Assembly (NCBI GenBank): GCA_963809485.1
Contig: CAWEJX010000008.1
Span: 320,001-384,000 of the forward strand
Length of the DNA stretch: 64,000 bases
Direction of reading: 5' to 3'
Origin: an uncultured Acidobacteriota bacterium
GTDB lineage: Bacteria > Acidobacteriota > UBA6911
Part shown: piece by piece, positions 60,439-64,000 of the stretch
Position numbering within the stretch: the stretch's first letter is position 1
How the letters are laid out: each line of letters begins with the position of its first letter
Position numbers and translations under genes: made by a program
Notes under the pieces: model-generated
Databases searched by the model: none
Told to the model about the DNA's origin: nothing
Seen by the model: the letters and a program-made list of their open reading frames with translations, nothing else

Positions 60439-61770
60439 CTAGAAGTTTTTGTCGTAAGCCAGGTCCCTTTTCAGTGTTCTGGCAGCCAGCAGAAAATGTA
60501 TGGCCGCCCATAGGGTTGCGACAATGACAACCATCAGAATCGCATATCTCAGCGAATCATTGCCATACCGCGGCTGCATGGAATCACTTAATGCGCCGAC
60601 GACCAGCGGCCCCACGCCCATGGAAATCAGGTTTACAAAAAAGGCATAGATCGCGGACGCCACGGCACGCCGGGCCGATCCCGCAATACCGAGCAGCATG
60701 GACATCGTCGGGCCAAGATACATGTGTCCGAGAAGAGTCGGGAGGATCAGGAAAAGCAGGGCCGGTATGGGAGCGGGCCAGAGATATACCAGGAAAACGA
60801 CAGGGACAGCGACCAGGATTCCGGCGCTGGAAATCCACATATACCAGCGTGGATCCTGAGTTTTCCGGAACATGCGATCGCCCATTGCACCTCCGAGGAA
60901 TGCGCCGCAGGCTCCGGAGATCCCGAAGACGAAGGCAAGCCAGGTTCCCGTTTCGCCGCTTGTCATTCCGTGCGAGCGCATGAAAAATGAAGGCTGCCAT
61001 ATTCCCGCTCCCCAGCCGGAAAGGCCATAGAGAGCCGCGGCGAAAATTAGATGAAGGGAGGCAGGCCTCTCCCACAAGTAGCGCAATGTAGTCAACACAG
61101 GGGGTGCCGGAGCTTGCGGCTGCAAAGTATCGTGGAATCCGCGCGGCGGTTCACGCACAGTGAGCCTGAGAAGTATCGCGACCGCGATACCCGGCAATCC
61201 AACGACCATGAAAGCCGCGCGCCAGCCGAAAAACTGATTGACCCAGCCGCCAACCAGGAATCCCGTTAGTACCCCCAGCGGCACCCCCATACCCTGCACG
61301 GCCAACGCCGTGCCTCGCCTTTCCGCAGGGTAATAATCCGCTAAAATCGAATTCGACGCCGGCGAGCTTCCGGCTTCACCGATCCCGACACCGACGCGTG
61401 CCAGAAAAAGCGATATGAATCCGGTAGCCAGGCCGCACACAGCCGTCATACCGCTCCACAGGCAGAGAGTCACGGCAATTATATTTCTTCTATTAACTCT
61501 ATCCGCAAGAGAAGCGATAGGAATTCCCACAATAGAATAGAATACCGCAAAGGCCAATCCTCCCAGCATTCCGAGCTGAGTGTCCGTAAAGCCGAACTCC
61601 AGTTTGATCGCCTCCAGCAATACGGCCATTATCTGTCGGTCCACGAAGTTGAGAACTGAAATAATCAGCAGCAGTACTACAACATACCTGCGCTCCATTT
61701 CTGTGATTCTGAAGGCGGGCAGGTTCCCTGCTCTGAGAGTTTCCCTTGCGGCTGCAGCATCCACAATCAT
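60439..61770 (-). CDS. MFS transporter (spinster-like)
   Basis: NFVDRQI, GIPIASLADRVNR, ARVGVGIGEAG, DYYPAERRG, GWRAAF; AGGAGG RBS. Confidence 0.9.
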   Translation of the reverse strand: MIVDAAAARETLRAGNLPAFRITEMERRYVVVLLLIISVLNFVDRQIMAVLLEAIKLEFGFTDTQLGMLGGLAFAVFYSIVGIPIASLADRVNRRNIIAVTLCLWSGMTAVCGLATGFISLFLARVGVGIGEAGSSPASNSILADYYPAERRGTALAVQGMGVPLGVLTGFLVGGWVNQFFGWRAAFMVVGLPGIAVAILLRLTVREPPRGFHDTLQPQAPAPPVLTTLRYLWERPASLHLIFAAALYGLSGWGAGIWQPSFFMRSHGMTSGETGTWLAFVFGISGACGAFLGGAMGDRMFRKTQDPRWYMWISSAGILVAVPVVFLVYLWPAPIPALLFLILPTLLGHMYLGPTMSMLLGIAGSARRAVASAIYAFFVNLISMGVGPLVVGALSDSMQPRYGNDSLRYAILMVVIVATLWAAIHFLLAARTLKRDLAYDKNF

Positions 61771-62049
61771 TCTGCCCTCCTGCGAATACGTTTCCGACCA
61801 ACATGAGATCTATACGTGGCCCGTCAACTGGAAGACAAATACATTTTTCATTGCCTGAGCGATCTTCACGAGGCAGTTCGGAGTTCGCCACACTGTGGGA
61901 CGCCGCCTTCTTTATGTCAAGTCTGAATGTGAGATTATCCGTGTAGGGCAAATGGCTCCCAATCATCTCAGCGGGTGGCGTCCTAAATGAATCTATGTTT
62001 GAAAATGCCTTAACGAATGGCGCGAAGCTTCTCGGCTCGCGTCCTGTTA

Positions 62050-62283
62050 ATCAGGTACCTACGGCAAAGCCGGAGGCTTAAAAGGTTTGAACCGCTCAAA
62101 GCGGTTGGAGGAGTTACGCCGGTCTTGAACGCTGACATACGCTGAACGAACGCCGACCCACGCCGACAAAAATTTATATATTTTTTCAGCGTACGTCAGC
62201 GTCATGTCAGCGTACGTCAGCGTTTCAAAATAGGAGCTGTCAATCTCTTTGAGTCCCCCGGCAGAGCCGGGGGTTTACCAAAT
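62050..62283 (-). mobile_element. IS200-end element, copy F (about 234 bp, different core)
   Basis: Both terminal hairpins; core of CGCTGA/TCAGCG repeats around AAAAATTTATATATTTTTT. Confidence 0.75.
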
Positions 62284-62286
62284 AAA

Positions 62287-63942
62287 TTATCGCCCGGCCT
62301 TGGTCATGGTCGCGCCCGTGATCTTTTTTGTGACATGGGCAACCGTCTCGTAGCTCCACAACAGGGAATAGCCCGGCACACCGCCGGCCACGGTAATGGA
62401 AAAATTCTTTTCCGGTATGCCGGTCTTTTGAGCAAACCAAGCCTGTACATCCTTGCTGGTTTTATAACCCATTTTTGCTAAACCTTGAGCACATTCCGGG
62501 TGAAACCATACCAGATAGCCCCCTCTGCCTTTGCCGATCGATTTAATCATACCGTCCAAAATCCCCTGCTCCGTCCAGATAGCGACCGCTCCACCTCCAA
62601 ACATATTGGCCCCAGATCCACCATAAGAGCCGACCTTGGTCACCGTCACTGTACTGTCTCCCTTGGCAAAACCCTGGCTTACCTGATAGGGGTCCCAGGG
62701 GCTCATCTCTTCATTTTCGGCAAAGGTGTAAAAGGTATGCGGCGACGTCCGCCCGGTCAGGGCCATGTCGTTCTCCGCCGGCCACGTGTGACCAATATTG
62801 CGCGTCGCTAATCGAACGGACCGTCCAATGGTATTATTGGCGCGCCAGCAATCGCCCAGGTAACCAATCCCCGAATTCATGTTGATTTCCTTAGCTATTG
62901 GACCGTTCACCTGAATGGCAAGAGTAAAGGCACCCGCCGATCCCATCATGTGCCAGAATCCCATCCCGGTGTACCCTGGCGCCACAAATGCCTCCATCGC
63001 CGCGATTACCACTGGAAAGTACTCCGGCTTTGCTCCCGCCATCACCGCGTTGATCGCAATCTTTTCAATAGTGGCCGTGCCGGATTTCATGGGGATTTTG
63101 CCTATCACTTCGCTCGGGGAACGACTCGTCCCTTTGAGCATCCGGGCAACGGCTTCCCTGGTCGGGGGCACCAGAGGCAATCCATCGCCCATCTTGTTTT
63201 CGAGAAACGACGCGTTGAACTTTTCCACCGCGTCCTCATAACTATCGCCCGTAATGCGAACGGGCGGGTATTCGACTGCGGATCTTGTCTGAGGCTTCGC
63301 CTCCTCTGCTGTCAGAGGCTTCGTCAGTGCATCCACAATGGGATTAAAAGCGGCTTCAACGAGGGGTCTTAACTCTTGTACCGTTCCCCGAAGCCTGTAC
63401 CATTTTTCGGAAGGAAATGTTACCATCCGCATGTTGGGCATCAACCAATCAGCAGCGGCTGATTTTGCGTCCTTCAGGAAATTCGAGCTGACCAGAAGTA
63501 CTCCAGGCGCTCCATACTTTTCCATCTGCATTGTGCGGCGGGAACCCCACCACGTGCAGGTCCCTCAGTCTCCCATCGCATATACAAATGCATCGCATCC
63601 CTTCGCGATCGACTGAAAATGCTCTTCCTGTGCCTGTGCCTGTATTCCCGGGTTAAATCCTCGCTGAATAGTTACGCCCGGATACTTCTGCTTCAGCATT
63701 TCTTCCAGTATGTCAAATAGCTGCGGCACACCCGGTTTGATGTTATGCACCAGAGCAATCTTCTTACCAGAGTAATCCGAAAGACGAGGCCTCAGTGCTA
63801 AAAATGGCTCAGGCTCAATCACGCCCATGGGATTGAGCAGCTCCAAAGTAACCTTTTCGTTCGCCGGCCCGGCCTTCGACCACCCGCCAAAAAATAAACC
63901 GGCGGTCAGCAGCAAAAAAGCCGCTAAGATTTTATTTCTCAT
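62287..63942 (-). CDS. Exported UGSC-family selenoprotein (551 aa, Sec126, motif UGTC)
   Basis: ORFs 63565-63942 and 62287-63531 are in frame across TGA 63567-63565, giving YAMGD-U-GTCTWWGSRRTMQMEKYGAPGV; signal peptide; GDGLPLVPPT, ATIEKIAINAVMAGAKPEY, ANNTIGR, FAENE. Confidence 0.9.
63535..63564 (-). promoter_or_regulatory. SECIS-like hairpin
   Basis: GTGGTGGG[GTT]CCCGCCGC, an 8-pair stem with two G-U pairs, starting 12 nt after the UGA; loop at +20. Confidence 0.7.
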
Positions 63943-64000
63943 TCTTGTCTCCTTATTGGTTATCGCTAAATACGGGTTATCTCCCGTTTATTTCATCACT

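Noticed and set aside
62128-62226. CGCTGA/TCAGCG short repeats as a CRISPR array
   Set aside because: Units are about 10 bp and degenerate with no unique spacers; they are part of the mobile-element core, and no cas genes are present.
1-64000. tRNA (including selC), rRNA, tmRNA, prophage genes
   Set aside because: No recognisable motifs were found by eye; the Sec machinery would have to lie outside this window.

Overview
Gene-dense accessory region of a bacterial genome, about mid-50s % GC by eye. It is most likely an anaerobic Acidobacteriota member, inferred from the Oar-like TonB-dependent receptors and from kinase and integrase remnants typical of that phylum. Recognisable genes: potABCD with an upstream beta-barrel gene, a U32 protein, tldD/pmbA, an archaeal-type thrS, AOR, two URO-D-like proteins, two cupins, three MFS transporters, a LinD-like/NosL/ABC operon, a MoaF-like pair, an S9 peptidase, an MNT-HEPN pair and a pccB-accC-BCCP carboxylase. 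Signals the ORF track misses: (1) two full-length exported UxxC (UGSC-family) selenoprotein genes split at in-frame TGA codons, each followed by a SECIS-like hairpin, plus two decayed paralogues, one still carrying TGA-xx-Cys and a hairpin; these sit among recurring URO-D-like/cupin/MFS genes. (2) A roughly 155-nt segment matching recalled OLE RNA motifs, cut by a mobile element. (3) Three families of non-autonomous palindromic elements, some nested inside each other. Several genes carry single-base frameshifts that look like sequencing error. No rRNA, tRNA or CRISPR array was seen. All family assignments come from manual motif recognition; no searches were run.
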